The notes: generated by a model not told the origin, from the letters alone. 64,000 nt of DNA from an uncultured Aliarcobacter sp. (GCA_963677435.1 OY781945.1:1632001-1696000); one strand, 5' to 3'; numbered from the stretch's first letter, positions 10,080-20,805 are shown. Numbers and translations: made by a program.

Positions 10080-11035
10080 AAGATATTTTAGTTAATACAA
10101 CTATTTTTATTTTTACTTTTATAATTATGCTTTTTGGAATTGAAGGAATTTTAAGAATTAAAAATTCTGATATGAAAAATTATAATATCGAGATGTGGAA
10201 ATATGCAAAAGAACTAAAAGTTAATAGTAACAATCCGGAATTAGGGCATGAGCATAAAAATTCTGCTCAGGCAACTTTGCAATCTGTAGTGATAAGAACT
10301 AATAATTTCGGTCTTAGAGGTCCTGATATAAATGAAAATAGAGAGAATAAAAGAAGAATACTTTTTCTAGGAAGCTCTGCAACATTAGGATGGGGAGTGA
10401 AAGAAGAAGAAACAATGACCTCTCTTTTAGGTGAAAAACTTGGCGAAAATGTAGAAGTTTTAAATGCAGGTATAGGTAACTATAATACTAGCCGATATAC
10501 TGAATTGTTTTTTACTAAATTAGAAATATTACATCCTACTGATATAGTTATTCATTATTTTTTAAACGATGTTGAAATATTAAAAGCTAACTCAGGGAAT
10601 TGGTTTTTGCGAAATAGTGAATTAGCTGTTACACTTTGGGATTTATTAAATCGAATAAATTATAAAAGTTTTTCAATCGAAGAGTATTACAATAATTTAT
10701 ATAAAAAAGATAATAAAGGTTTTGATTTAATGTTAAATTCTTTAAATAAACTTAGTAATTATGCAAAAACGAATAATATTAATATTTATTTTGTAATGAC
10801 GCCTGATATTCATGATATTACTAATTATAAATTTAAAAATATTCACAATATAATGAAAGAAATTGCGATGGAAAGAAACTTTACATATATAGATTTATTA
10901 GATTCTTTTGAGAATAATTATGAATCTTCAGCGCTGTGGGTGATGACAACAGACCCTCATCCTAATAAGAAAGCGCATAAAATTATGGCTGATGCTATTT
11001 ATCCTTATTTAATAAACAATAATCTTAATAATTGA
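10076..11035 (+). CDS. Membrane-anchored SGNH/GDSL hydrolase-fold protein (AlgJ/PatB/DltD-like role likely)
   Basis: N-terminal TM, FLGSSATLGWG, NAGIGNY, FLND, DPHPN...H. Confidence 0.82.
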   Translation: MKDILVNTTIFIFTFIIMLFGIEGILRIKNSDMKNYNIEMWKYAKELKVNSNNPELGHEHKNSAQATLQSVVIRTNNFGLRGPDINENRENKRRILFLGSSATLGWGVKEEETMTSLLGEKLGENVEVLNAGIGNYNTSRYTELFFTKLEILHPTDIVIHYFLNDVEILKANSGNWFLRNSELAVTLWDLLNRINYKSFSIEEYYNNLYKKDNKGFDLMLNSLNKLSNYAKTNNINIYFVMTPDIHDITNYKFKNIHNIMKEIAMERNFTYIDLLDSFENNYESSALWVMTTDPHPNKKAHKIMADAIYPYLINNNLNN

Positions 11036-11043
11036 GTATATAG

Positions 11044-12402
11044 TTGTTATTTAGTTCTTTAAACTTTTTTTATTTTTTTATAGTTTATCTATTAGTTTGG
11101 TTTTTAACACCAAAAAAATTCAAGATTACTATTATAGTTTTATTTAGTCTTTTTTTTTATGGATATTGGAATTATTACTATAGTCTTTTCCCTGTAGTAC
11201 TTACATTATTGGCTTATTTTTTTACTTTTTATATTAATACTTCAACTATATATATCAATAGAATTACACTTTTTTTATCTATATTTCTTGTATCAGTTCC
11301 TCTAATATATTTTAAATATTTTAATTTTATTTTTAATACGAATACCGTAAATTTATCTTTACCTTTAGGTATTTCTTTTATAACTTTTACATTAATATCT
11401 TATATAATTGATGTTTCAAAGAAAAGATATCCAATAGAAAAAAATTTTAATATATTACTAGGATATATTCTATTTTTCCCACAATTAATAGCTGGACCTA
11501 TTTTAAGACCAAGTGAACTCATCCCTCAACTAAAAAATCTTCCAATAGTTACAAATAAAATGCGTATATTAGCTATAACAATTTTTACTATTGGCTTAGC
11601 TAAGAAATTAATATTTGCAGATCAACTTGCTCCTTATGTTGATTCTGTGTATGCTAGTCCCACAACTGCTTTATATCATGAATGGTTGATAGCTATATAT
11701 GGATTTAGCGTTCAAATATATTGTGATTTTAGTGGATATAGTGATATGGCTATTGGTCTTGCGCTTTTTTTTGGAATTAAACTACCTATTAATTTTGATC
11801 GTCCTTATTTAGCTACATCTGTACCTGATATATGGAGAAAGTGGCATATCACTCTTTCGACTTGGTTTAGAGATTATATATATTTCCCAATTGCAGGTAG
11901 AAAGACAAATCTACAGTTACACTTTTTTGCGGCGCTCTTTACTATGACTGTTTGTGGTTTTTGGCATGGTGCTAGTTGGAATTTTATACTTTGGGGATTT
12001 TTGAATGGTCTTCTTGTCGCAATTACAAATTTATTACGAATAAAAAGAGTTAAAATTCCTTTTCCTACAGCATTAAAAATTTTTCTAACTTTTCATTGGT
12101 GGATTTTTTCAACTATTCTATTTCGATCAACTGACTTATCCAATGCGATGGATGTATGTGCTCAAGGAATAAATTGGACTACTTTTAATATATTTGCCTT
12201 AAAAGAGTATATCTTTCCTCTTCTTTTAATAGCTATATTTTTTATAAGTCATTATTTTGATCAATTTAGCCGTGTGGAAAAAATAACAAACCAAATTAAC
12301 AAAAAATATCTCTTTTTATTTTTATTTATGATTTGGATAATCGCCATTGTCCTTGGTAGTTCCAGTGAAGGATCAGAGAAGTTTATATACTTTGATTTTT
12401 AA
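11044..12402 (+). CDS. MBOAT family O-acyltransferase (AlgI/PatA/DltB-like)
   Basis: LPLGISFITF, FFPQLIAGPI, QIYCDFSGYSDMAIG, WRKWHITLSTWFRDYIY, GFWHGA; C-terminus EKFIYFDF. Confidence 0.95.
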   Translation: MLFSSLNFFYFFIVYLLVWFLTPKKFKITIIVLFSLFFYGYWNYYYSLFPVVLTLLAYFFTFYINTSTIYINRITLFLSIFLVSVPLIYFKYFNFIFNTNTVNLSLPLGISFITFTLISYIIDVSKKRYPIEKNFNILLGYILFFPQLIAGPILRPSELIPQLKNLPIVTNKMRILAITIFTIGLAKKLIFADQLAPYVDSVYASPTTALYHEWLIAIYGFSVQIYCDFSGYSDMAIGLALFFGIKLPINFDRPYLATSVPDIWRKWHITLSTWFRDYIYFPIAGRKTNLQLHFFAALFTMTVCGFWHGASWNFILWGFLNGLLVAITNLLRIKRVKIPFPTALKIFLTFHWWIFSTILFRSTDLSNAMDVCAQGINWTTFNIFALKEYIFPLLLIAIFFISHYFDQFSRVEKITNQINKKYLFLFLFMIWIIAIVLGSSSEGSEKFIYFDF

Positions 12403-12669
12403 TAATTATTATAAGAAATGGGGAGAAGAAGACTTATTTAGATTTAGTTGCTTGATATAAATTTTCAAATTCTATTAAGTAGAAAAAATTGATATGAAGA
12501 TGAGTTTTAAAAATAAGTTTAAGTTTGTAAATAAATCTAAGTAATATCTAGTGTATATATTTCTCTATGTTTGATGTATTCAATTTATGAAATTTTAGAT
12601 TTTTACTAGAGTATTTATAACCTTCATTTTTTATACATAAACTGAATATTATCACCTGACCCTTTCCCT

Positions 12670-12768
12670 TTAATTTCTATTTTGTAATTTTTGAGTTAAA
12701 AAAGCCAAAGCAATTACAACAATTGCAACAATAACAAATCCTACAAGTTCATTTTCTAAATCTGACAC
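12670..12768 (-). CDS. Putative 32-aa membrane peptide
   Basis: AGGA RBS 8 nt before GTG; MSDLENELVGFVIVAICCNCFGFLTQKLQNRN*; downstream of and co-directional with the ABC ATPase. Confidence 0.35.
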   Translation of the reverse strand: MSDLENELVGFVIVAIVVIALAFLTQKLQNRN

Positions 12769-12820
12769 TATTAAATTCCTAAAGTAATTTTTTTATTCAA
12801 CATTAAATTTTCTTAATAAA

Positions 12821-13609
12821 TTAGAAAATCTCTTCCACGTAATATCTATTATTTTTTACATTGATATGCACATTTGTATCAAATATTTCTGATAGGTTTT
12901 TGCTTGTTAAAATATCTTCTTTTTTCCCACTTTTATAAATAGAATTATTATAAATCAAAGCTACATTTTCTATCTCTTCAAAAATCTCTTCAAGGTGGTG
13001 AGTAACCAAAATAATAGAGCAAGTTTTTGATAACTTCTGAATCATTTTAATAAAATTTATTTGAGCTTTTATATCAAGGCCAACAGTTGGTTCATCAAGT
13101 ATAAAAGCTTTTGGATCATGGATTAATGCCCTTGCTACTATACATTTTCGCAGCTCTCCTGTAGACATCTCTTGAACATATTTATCAGCTAGATGTTCAA
13201 TTTCTAAAAATTTCATAGTTTCTTTTGCTTTTTCGTGCTGAGCTTCTGTAAAGTCTTGATGTTTAAAAACTCCAATAGAGCTGTAATGTCCACTTAAAAC
13301 TGTAATATAACCAGTTAAAAAGTTTCCATGTGTTGCAAAATAGTTATGTAAATCATTGGTAATGATTCCTAATTGTTTTTTTAGTTCAAAAATAGAGTAG
13401 GTTGCTTTTCCTAAAATCTCTTTTTTGAATTCATTTGTTCTTCTTGGATGAATCTCTGATTGGATTAGTTTCATTAGTGTTGATTTTCCACTTCCATTTG
13501 CTCCAAGTATTGCCCAGTGTTCATTTTCTTTTATTTTTAGAGTTATATCTTTTAATATAATTTTTTCGTCATATCCTACATTTATATTTTCAAAGTCAAT
13601 AATATTCAT
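12821..13609 (-). CDS. ABC transporter ATP-binding protein (ModF-like)
   Basis: Walker A GANGSGKST, signature MSTGE, ILDEP, VTHH; start probably MNIIDF at 13609. Confidence 0.88.
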   Translation of the reverse strand: MNIIDFENINVGYDEKIILKDITLKIKENEHWAILGANGSGKSTLMKLIQSEIHPRRTNEFKKEILGKATYSIFELKKQLGIITNDLHNYFATHGNFLTGYITVLSGHYSSIGVFKHQDFTEAQHEKAKETMKFLEIEHLADKYVQEMSTGELRKCIVARALIHDPKAFILDEPTVGLDIKAQINFIKMIQKLSKTCSIILVTHHLEEIFEEIENVALIYNNSIYKSGKKEDILTSKNLSEIFDTNVHINVKNNRYYVEEIF

Positions 13610-13700
13610 AATTCTTCCTAATATATACATTTTCATGATACTACTAGCAAATATTTAATATAATCTTAAAATTAATAAAATCTATAAAAAAAGAGTAAAA

Positions 13701-14144
13701 ATGAAAGTTACAAGAGTAAAAAAATTAATGATTTCAGGAATTAGCACAGTTACAAACAATGAATTTGAAATGAGTGAAGAAAATGGGAAAATAGCACAAC
13801 TTTGGGAAGAATATTTTGCAAATGATGTTTATAAAAAAACATTTGACAAAGCAAACAGTGATTTTATGTATGGAGTTTATAGCAACTACGAATCAGATAC
13901 AAACGGAAACTACAAAGTAACAGTTGGAGTTGAAGTTACAAAACCAAAAAATGCTATTGTAATCGAAGATAAAAAATATTTAGTTTTCACAAAACAAGGT
14001 GAACTTCCAATGGTTGTCGTTGAGTTATGGGAAGAGATTTGGGATTATTTTGAAAAAAACAGCGAATATGAAAGAGCTTTTGAAGTAGATTTTGAAAAAT
14101 ATGCAAAAGAAAATGAGATAGAGATTTATGTTTCTATAAAATAG
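13701..14144 (+). CDS. GyrI-like small-molecule effector-binding protein
   Basis: KIAQLWEEY, YGVYSNYESD, YLVF..QGELP..VVELWEEIW, DFEKY..IEIYVSIK. Confidence 0.85.
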   Translation: MKVTRVKKLMISGISTVTNNEFEMSEENGKIAQLWEEYFANDVYKKTFDKANSDFMYGVYSNYESDTNGNYKVTVGVEVTKPKNAIVIEDKKYLVFTKQGELPMVVVELWEEIWDYFEKNSEYERAFEVDFEKYAKENEIEIYVSIK

Positions 14145-14158
14145 ATATTGGATAAAAG

Positions 14159-14602
14159 ATGTTAAATAAGTTTATTAGAAAAGCAGACTTTTCTGATGCT
14201 TCAAGATTAAGCCAAATAACAAATGAATTAACAAGCTATATCTTTGAAAAAGAAGTACCAAAATGGTTTGAAGAAGAACTTTTAGAAGAGAGTTTCAAAG
14301 AAAGAATTTTAAGTGATGAATACGAGCATTTTGTATATGTACAAGAAAATGAAATTGTAGGTTTTATAGCAATCAAAAATAAAAATCGACTTTTTCATCT
14401 TTTTGTAGATTCAAAACATCATAAAATAGGAATTGCAAAAGGGCTTTGGAATTATATTAAAGAGCATTATGATATTTCAAATATGAGCGTAAATGCGTCA
14501 CTTTATGCCATTAAAACCTATGAATCTTTTGGTTTTAAAACTACTGGTGAACAAAGTGAATATTTAGGTTTGAAGTATCAACCAATGAGTTATAAATACT
14601 AA
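14159..14602 (+). CDS. GNAT N-acetyltransferase
   Basis: LFHLFVDSKHHKIGIAKGL, VNASLYAIKTYESFGF. Confidence 0.88.
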   Translation: MLNKFIRKADFSDASRLSQITNELTSYIFEKEVPKWFEEELLEESFKERILSDEYEHFVYVQENEIVGFIAIKNKNRLFHLFVDSKHHKIGIAKGLWNYIKEHYDISNMSVNASLYAIKTYESFGFKTTGEQSEYLGLKYQPMSYKY

Positions 14603-14625
14603 ATAATTCTGAAAATAAATCTTTT

Positions 14626-15090
14626 ATTATTATTATTGATTATGATAAAAAATATTTAAAACAAATAGTTGAACTTTTTATAAATACAGTTCATAATATA
14701 AATAAAAAAGATTACACAAAAGAACAACTAAACGCTTGGGCAAATCCAAAGTATGATTTGAATACTTGGAAAAAAAGATTTGAAAAATCAAAACCACATC
14801 TGTGTATGCTAGAAGATGAAGTAGTAGGCTTTTGTGAGTATTATGATGGTTATATTGATTGCTTTTATATTCATTTTAAATATCAAGGTTGTGGAGTAGG
14901 AAAACTTCTATTAACTCATGTTTTAGAACTTGGAAAAAACAATAAAATAGATAAAATCAAAGTTGATGCAAGTATCACAGCAAAGCTATTTTTTGAGAAG
15001 TTTGGATTTATACAAGTTAGAGAAAATTTGGTTAAAAGAGAAAATGTTGAGTTGAAAAATTTTAGTATGGAAAAGGATTTGAAAAAATAA
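14626..15090 (+). CDS. GNAT N-acetyltransferase (YafP-like) without a canonical start codon
   Basis: Frame stays open upstream of 14758 and encodes the conserved LFINTVHNINKKDYTKEQLNAWA; only ATT codons are available at the expected start; YQGCGVGKLL and DASITAKLFFEKFGF motifs. Confidence 0.7.
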   Translation: MIIIDYDKKYLKQIVELFINTVHNINKKDYTKEQLNAWANPKYDLNTWKKRFEKSKPHLCMLEDEVVGFCEYYDGYIDCFYIHFKYQGCGVGKLLLTHVLELGKNNKIDKIKVDASITAKLFFEKFGFIQVRENLVKRENVELKNFSMEKDLKK

Positions 15091-15669
15091 TATAATTTGT
15101 AAGATTCTTTTTTAAAGGTAAATTAAAAAGTGTGATAAAACTGATAGTTATACAATGTATAAATATTTCATTTTTCCTTTTTAATTTAATTTTATGGTAC
15201 AAAGTGTAACATTTCTTTTATTCATAATTATTGAAACAAAATCCAACATATAATCTCTTTTTATTTTATCTTTTAAAATTACTATTTCGTTTCTAAAATA
15301 AAGATATTTGATTACTTAATTAGTATTTATATTTTTGTACATCTATCTTATTATTAATTATTTATACTAAGTAAAATAAAACTTGTATGAATATGAATTG
15401 AATAATATTATTGCAAATGGATAAATCTAATTTAGATTAAAAAAAATGTGATTAGTTGAATTAAATTTTTTAATTTAACTAAGAACGATAACATTGTAAA
15501 TGTTATCTTAACTCCTTATATCCCTGATTTAAAAACGAAACTTCATTTACTAAAAAATTCTATTTGTAAATTTCAAAAACTTTTTTTGGAAAAGTTTGTT
15601 TAAAAACGAATTGAACAAAATCAAATACTTAAAATCTATTTTTATCTTAAACGAAAAAAGGATTTAAAA

Positions 15670-16376
15670 ATGGATTTACAAAATACAATAAAAGTAGAAT
15701 TTGCTAAATATAAAAAGTTTCTATATAAAAAACTTACTACCTATGTGATGATAAGTATAAAAAACAAAGTCAAAGAAAATAAAATCATCAAAGATAATTT
15801 TGTTTCAAAAATAAATGAGTTGGTTGATATTGAAAATAAAACACCACAACAAAAACAAATTATCAAAAATTATGCCTATATGTTTAAAAATACAAAAGTG
15901 AATTGGTTAGGTTTAAAATTAGGCTTATCAAATAAAATGGCATTACAACTAAACAATGAGATATATTTACTATATGTTCAAAGTGTAAAAAAATATCATA
16001 GTGATTATGAATTTAGTTTATATGGTGAAAATCTAGTAAGTAATGATTTACTAAAAAAATACATTTCAAAGATTTTGAAATGGTGCAAAAAAAAATTACA
16101 ATAGAATGAGTCAAATCAAAAAAGTTGAAAAACTTTATAATCAAAAATACTATTTAGAACACAAAGAAGAAAAAGGTATCAAATTAAGAGATGAAGTAAA
16201 CAAAATAAATGGTGCAATTGGTTTTAAAATATGCTTTAGATTTAGTTGCACTAAGTGAAAAAATTACTATCAAAACTGTAAAAAACATTTTAGAACTAAA
16301 TAATGAAAATTTAGGAACTATACAAATTTCAATTTACTTAAGAGAGCTAAAAGATGAAGGATTGATTGATGAGTAA
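15670..16376 (+). pseudogene. Frameshifted plasmid replication protein-like gene
   Basis: 144-aa ORF continues in other frames (MSQIKKVEKLYNQKYYLEHK...TIKTVKNILE...ISIYLRELKDEGLIDE*) with an HTH-like tail overlapping the relaxase start. Family assignment rests on context. Confidence 0.4.
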
Positions 16377-17423
16377 TTTTGTTCAAGTAAATGTGATTAG
16401 TCATTCAAAAAATAGTTTAAGTTCTTGTTATGAACATAATGTTGATAGACAAAAAGATGGGGAAGATTTACCCCATCTTTTAGATGAAAATGAGTTTAGG
16501 AAATGAAACTATTACCTTTTCTCATATAGTTGTTTCAAGTGGCACATTTGAAGAAAATCTTAGAAATTTTTATTCAACTATCTCAAAATCAAATAGTTAT
16601 CAAACTTTAAAAGATAACTTTGATTATTTGGAAAAGTTAAGATTAGAACAACTAAAAAATGAAAATAGAAAAGATTATCAATTAAAACATTTAATTGAAT
16701 TTGAAGTAGGTATTAGTGGAGAAAAGGCAAAAGAGTACCTAAATAATAGTGGAATTGATATAAATGAAGGTTTTAAACAATATGTAAATGATTTAAAAAC
16801 TGAATACTTTACAAATATCAATCCATAAAGATGAAGGCTATATTGATAAAGATAATATTCTTCATCATAATATTCATGCATATTTTTTAGTGCATAATCA
16901 TCATTTTGAAACAAAAAAAGCAATTTTTTCAAACTTTAGAAAAAGAGATAGGCAACTTCAAACATTGGCTCAAAAATCTTTTAATCAAGCAGGTTTAGAT
17001 TTTAGAAGAGGATTATCAAAGTTTCAAACAAAACTAAATCATCAAAAAAGGAATGATTTTATTTTGCATAAGCAAAATCAAGAATTGAAGATTTTACAAA
17101 AGGATCTGCTACAAAAAAATCAAGAGATTAAAGATTTATATACTTTGTTAAATTCACAAAAAAATCAACTAAAAGAACTAAGGCTTTAATTTGAAAAGAA
17201 TAGTAATATTTATAAAATGTTATCTCTTAATATTAAAAATCTTTCAAATGAAGAACAAAGTAAAAGAGAAGAATTTAGACAATTAGATTCTAAAATCAAA
17301 GAATTAAAAAATCAAGTACAAAGTGAAGAACACATCATAAAAGATGATTTAGAATATGTGAATGAAATAAAATCACATTTAGAAAAAGCAAAATTAGATA
17401 ATGAAGCTTTAAACATTCATTAA
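16369..17423 (+). pseudogene. Frameshifted Mob relaxase (MobV/Pre-like)
   Basis: Fragments MSNFVQVNV...YEHNVDR / LIEFEVGIS / HKDEGYIDKDNILHHNIHAY (HxDE...HxH-like, last His replaced by Tyr) / LQTLAQKSF..LDFRRG followed by a coiled-coil tail; split by frameshifts and stops. Confidence 0.7.
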
Positions 17424-17526
17424 ACTTAATTTATTAAGTTAGCCATTTTATGGCGAAGTGGGCCCAAGACGACCCACCAATAAGTAAAAAAATGCTAAAA
17501 TAAAGTAAATTCTATAAAGGTTTTTA

Positions 17527-18555
17527 ATGATTTCTGATAAAAGAATCTTATTTTTAGATTACTTGAGAGTTTTTGCTTTCTTATCTGTACTTATTGGACA
17601 TAAATTATATATTGAGGTTGAAAATATAATAAATTTGTATCCTTCAACACACATTACACAACAATATTTAGTTAATTTTTTATTGTCGGCATTCTATGGT
17701 GGAGGAGCTGGAGTAATAGTTTTTTTTATGATATCGGGTTATATAATACTACATGTAATAAATTATGAAAATCCTATTGAATTCTTAATAAAAAGATTCT
17801 TTAGGATATATCCTCTTTTAATATTTGCAATAATTTTGCAAGCCATTCTTTTGATCTATGAAAATAAACAACCGCTCAATTATACTAATTTATTATTGCA
17901 AATGAGTTTATTAGGAGATTTTTTTAATACACCTCATTCTTTAGCAGGTGTAGAGTGGACTTTGAGAATTGAAATTATTTTTTATGCCTTTATGGCTTTG
18001 GTATCTTTTCTAAGAATACAAAATAAAGGCTATATTTTAGTACTATTATTTATTGTTTTTACTATTTTTTTAAAAAAAATAGCTCCAGTACCAAATGGAC
18101 TTATGATAGGCTATTTTACAATATTTTTTCCATTCTTGTTTTTAGGATCAGTAATTTATTTATTTGAAAAAAAGAAAATAAATTTCATAACTATGGCTCT
18201 ATTTGTAATTTTTATTTTTGAGAATTATTTTAGCATGGTAAATGAGTTCCACAAAAATAGATTAGATTCAAATTTTGCAATAGTTGGATTTTTTATTTTT
18301 ATTCTTGTTTGGTTACTGAGAAATAATCTAAGCAATATAAAAATCAATAGCTATATTATTTTAATTTCAAGTTTAACATATTCAGTTTATCTATTTCATA
18401 ATTATTTGTGGGATTACATTGGATTATTTTTTAATACTGGAAATAAACTTTTGATATTTCTAATATTATTGATTTTTTGTTTCATTGTTACAAAGTTAAT
18501 TGAAAATCCTATGAATAAAGTTGGGAAAATACTTGCTAATGAATTTAAAAAATAG
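17527..18555 (+). CDS. Acyltransferase family 3 (OafA/YrhL-like), intact
   Basis: FLDYLRVFA, GVIVFFMISGY, KRFFRIYP, WTLRIEIIFY, TYSVYLFH, IENP. Confidence 0.92.
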   Translation: MISDKRILFLDYLRVFAFLSVLIGHKLYIEVENIINLYPSTHITQQYLVNFLLSAFYGGGAGVIVFFMISGYIILHVINYENPIEFLIKRFFRIYPLLIFAIILQAILLIYENKQPLNYTNLLLQMSLLGDFFNTPHSLAGVEWTLRIEIIFYAFMALVSFLRIQNKGYILVLLFIVFTIFLKKIAPVPNGLMIGYFTIFFPFLFLGSVIYLFEKKKINFITMALFVIFIFENYFSMVNEFHKNRLDSNFAIVGFFIFILVWLLRNNLSNIKINSYIILISSLTYSVYLFHNYLWDYIGLFFNTGNKLLIFLILLIFCFIVTKLIENPMNKVGKILANEFKK

Positions 18556-18921
18556 ATAAAATTAAAAATTTCATTAAATGTAAATAGTTTTAGAAGTCGC
18601 TAATAGCTTAAATTTTGAGAACTATTGATTTGAACGCTAAATGATTTGTGAATTTATTTTAAAACTCTAAAATTATTATATAAATTTTTATAAACTAATT
18701 TTACATATTTTATATTTTCCCCCTTTAATAAGTTTCTTTAAAATCTTCTCTTGTTTATCATATTTTATGAATAAACATAAGTAATATTTTAATTGTATTA
18801 CAAAAAAACGAAAGAAAACAAAACTCTATAAATTTACTAATTTATATTTCAAAACCATAAAAAAATGAATTGAAATAATATTTTTCGTAAAATGAATTAT
18901 ATAAAAATAAGGAATATATAA

Positions 18922-19383
18922 ATGGTTTTACTAATAGTAGATTCATTACAAAAGTTTGATTATAGAATTGATGAAACTAATATCAAACAATTTTTAAAAG
19001 CTTTGCAAAAAATAGAAAAACATCAACATCAAATATTTTTAGAAGATTACAACAAATGGAAATACTAAACTCATTAAGAGAAAAAGATAGTGATAGATAA
19101 TATTAGTCCATTTAAAAGTCTTATATCACTTAGTAATGAACTAAGTAATATTAAATTACAAAATGACTAATATAATTCAAACTCAAAAAATAATGCTCTT
19201 ATTTATGAATTATCAAAAGAAATTAAAGCTCTTCTTATTGTTCAAAAAGAACTTAAAAAAGATAAATCTTTCTTATTGCCTATTGAAAAAATAGATTCTG
19301 ATCTGGAACTATTGAAAAATCAAAAATCCATGATTGTTGAAAATATAGATTTTATTGATTTAAAATTATGGGTAAAATTTTAA
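18922..19383 (+). pseudogene. Fragmented hypothetical gene
   Basis: AAGGA RBS then MVLLIVDSLQKFDYRIDE...KWKY*, followed by coding-like fragments (NALIYELSKEIKALLIVQKELKKD...). Confidence 0.3.
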
Positions 19384-19426
19384 TTGAATCAATATTTTAA
19401 ATATAAAATTGAATTTCTTTAATCAA

Positions 19427-20544
19427 TTAAACAAACTTTTTACCAAACTCTTGTCCTTTTACTTCAATATATTTATAAGTAAAAATAGATATTGTAACTA
19501 CTATAAAAAGTATAATAAGTGCAACTAAGTTATTTATGAAAATATTTTGGAAATCAATATATCTTGTCTCTCCCATCATAGGTGCAAATTGTATATTTAA
19601 GATTTTTCCCAATATCATTGAAAATGAAATAAGACAAAATAAAATTATATAATGAGTCATATAAATTGAGTAAGATAGTTTTCCTAATAGTTGAAAAAAT
19701 GATACTTTTAAGATTATTGATAAAAATCCTTTTTCAAAAGCAAAGACAAATACAATTAATAAAAAAGTTAAACTTGCATATACCGCCTTATATTCTTCAA
19801 TATAAGAAATTATATAAATAATTGAAACCATTAATAAAATTTCTAATAAAGAAAAAATATTTGAACTTATTTCTTCAAATTTTATATTAAATTTCTTATA
19901 AATTAAATAAGTTAAAGCTCCAGAAAAAAAGCATGAAAGACCTCGAACAGCTTCATTCATAATCCCAAAATTATTAATAATCATAAAAAAAGAGATAAAA
20001 GAAAATAAAAAACAAACCACATATTTAAAATTTGATTTTATAAAAAATGTAAAGAAAAATATAATATACATATAATATTCTACACTTAAACTCCACGATG
20101 GAGAATTCCAACTTAGTGCGTTAAAAGTAGGAATCCAAGATTGTAAGAATAATAAATTTGGAATTATTTCTAATAAGGCACTTGTGCCTGTAAATGGTAA
20201 ATTATTGAATAAAAATCCATATTTATATGCAATTAATTTACCTAATTCGAGAAAAATACAAATAATAAACATAAAAAGATGCAAATAATAAACATAAAAA
20301 GATGCAAAGGATAAAGTCTAAAAGTTCTACTTATTATAAATTTTTTAAATGATACTTCCTTGAATCCATAAGTGTGAGCTAAAACAAAACCACTTAAGAC
20401 AAAAAAGAATTCAACAAATAAAGAACTGCCCCAAAAAAATTTAAGCTCTGTAATTGAGCCGATTAAATGCATATGAAAAATTACAACACAAATCGCTGCA
20501 ATTCCTCTAAAACTATCAAGCACTAAAAATCTTTGATTCATCAT
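19427..20544 (-). pseudogene. Acyltransferase family 3 interrupted by a 23-bp tandem duplication
   Basis: LDSFRGIAA, FVEFFFVLSGF, RTFRLYPLH in the 5' ORF; WNSPSWSLSVE, LGKLSYSIYMTH in the 3' ORF. Removing one repeat copy gives 1095 nt = 364 aa plus stop. Confidence 0.92.
20259..20304. repeat. Perfect 2 x 23-bp tandem repeat CAAATAATAAACATAAAAAGATG
   Basis: Copies at 20259-20281 and 20282-20304. Confidence 0.95.
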
Positions 20545-20805
20545 TATTCTTTCATTTTAAATTAAACTAATGCTATATCTATTAAATAGATAATAGTGTC
20601 TAATCAACTTTTATTATGTTTAATAATGGAACATATATGATTAATATAACTTATATTATGTTAAATTATTAAACATAGAGCATTTTTTTTGTGAATTATA
20701 TCTACAGAATACTTAAATATTGAGCATTTATATATTTTATTGGCTTCTTTTGTCTAATAATTAAACATTTACAATACATTTAAAATATATTTAGGGAATA
20801 ATTGA

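Noticed and set aside
6618..12402. Saxitoxin biosynthesis cluster
   Set aside because: Only sxtI/J/K/L-like accessory genes are present; no sxtA, sxtG or other core genes in the window.
12650..12670. TGACCCT as a possible att copy of the tRNA end
   Set aside because: Only 7 bp and matches the tRNA 5' end; no copy of the 3' end was found.
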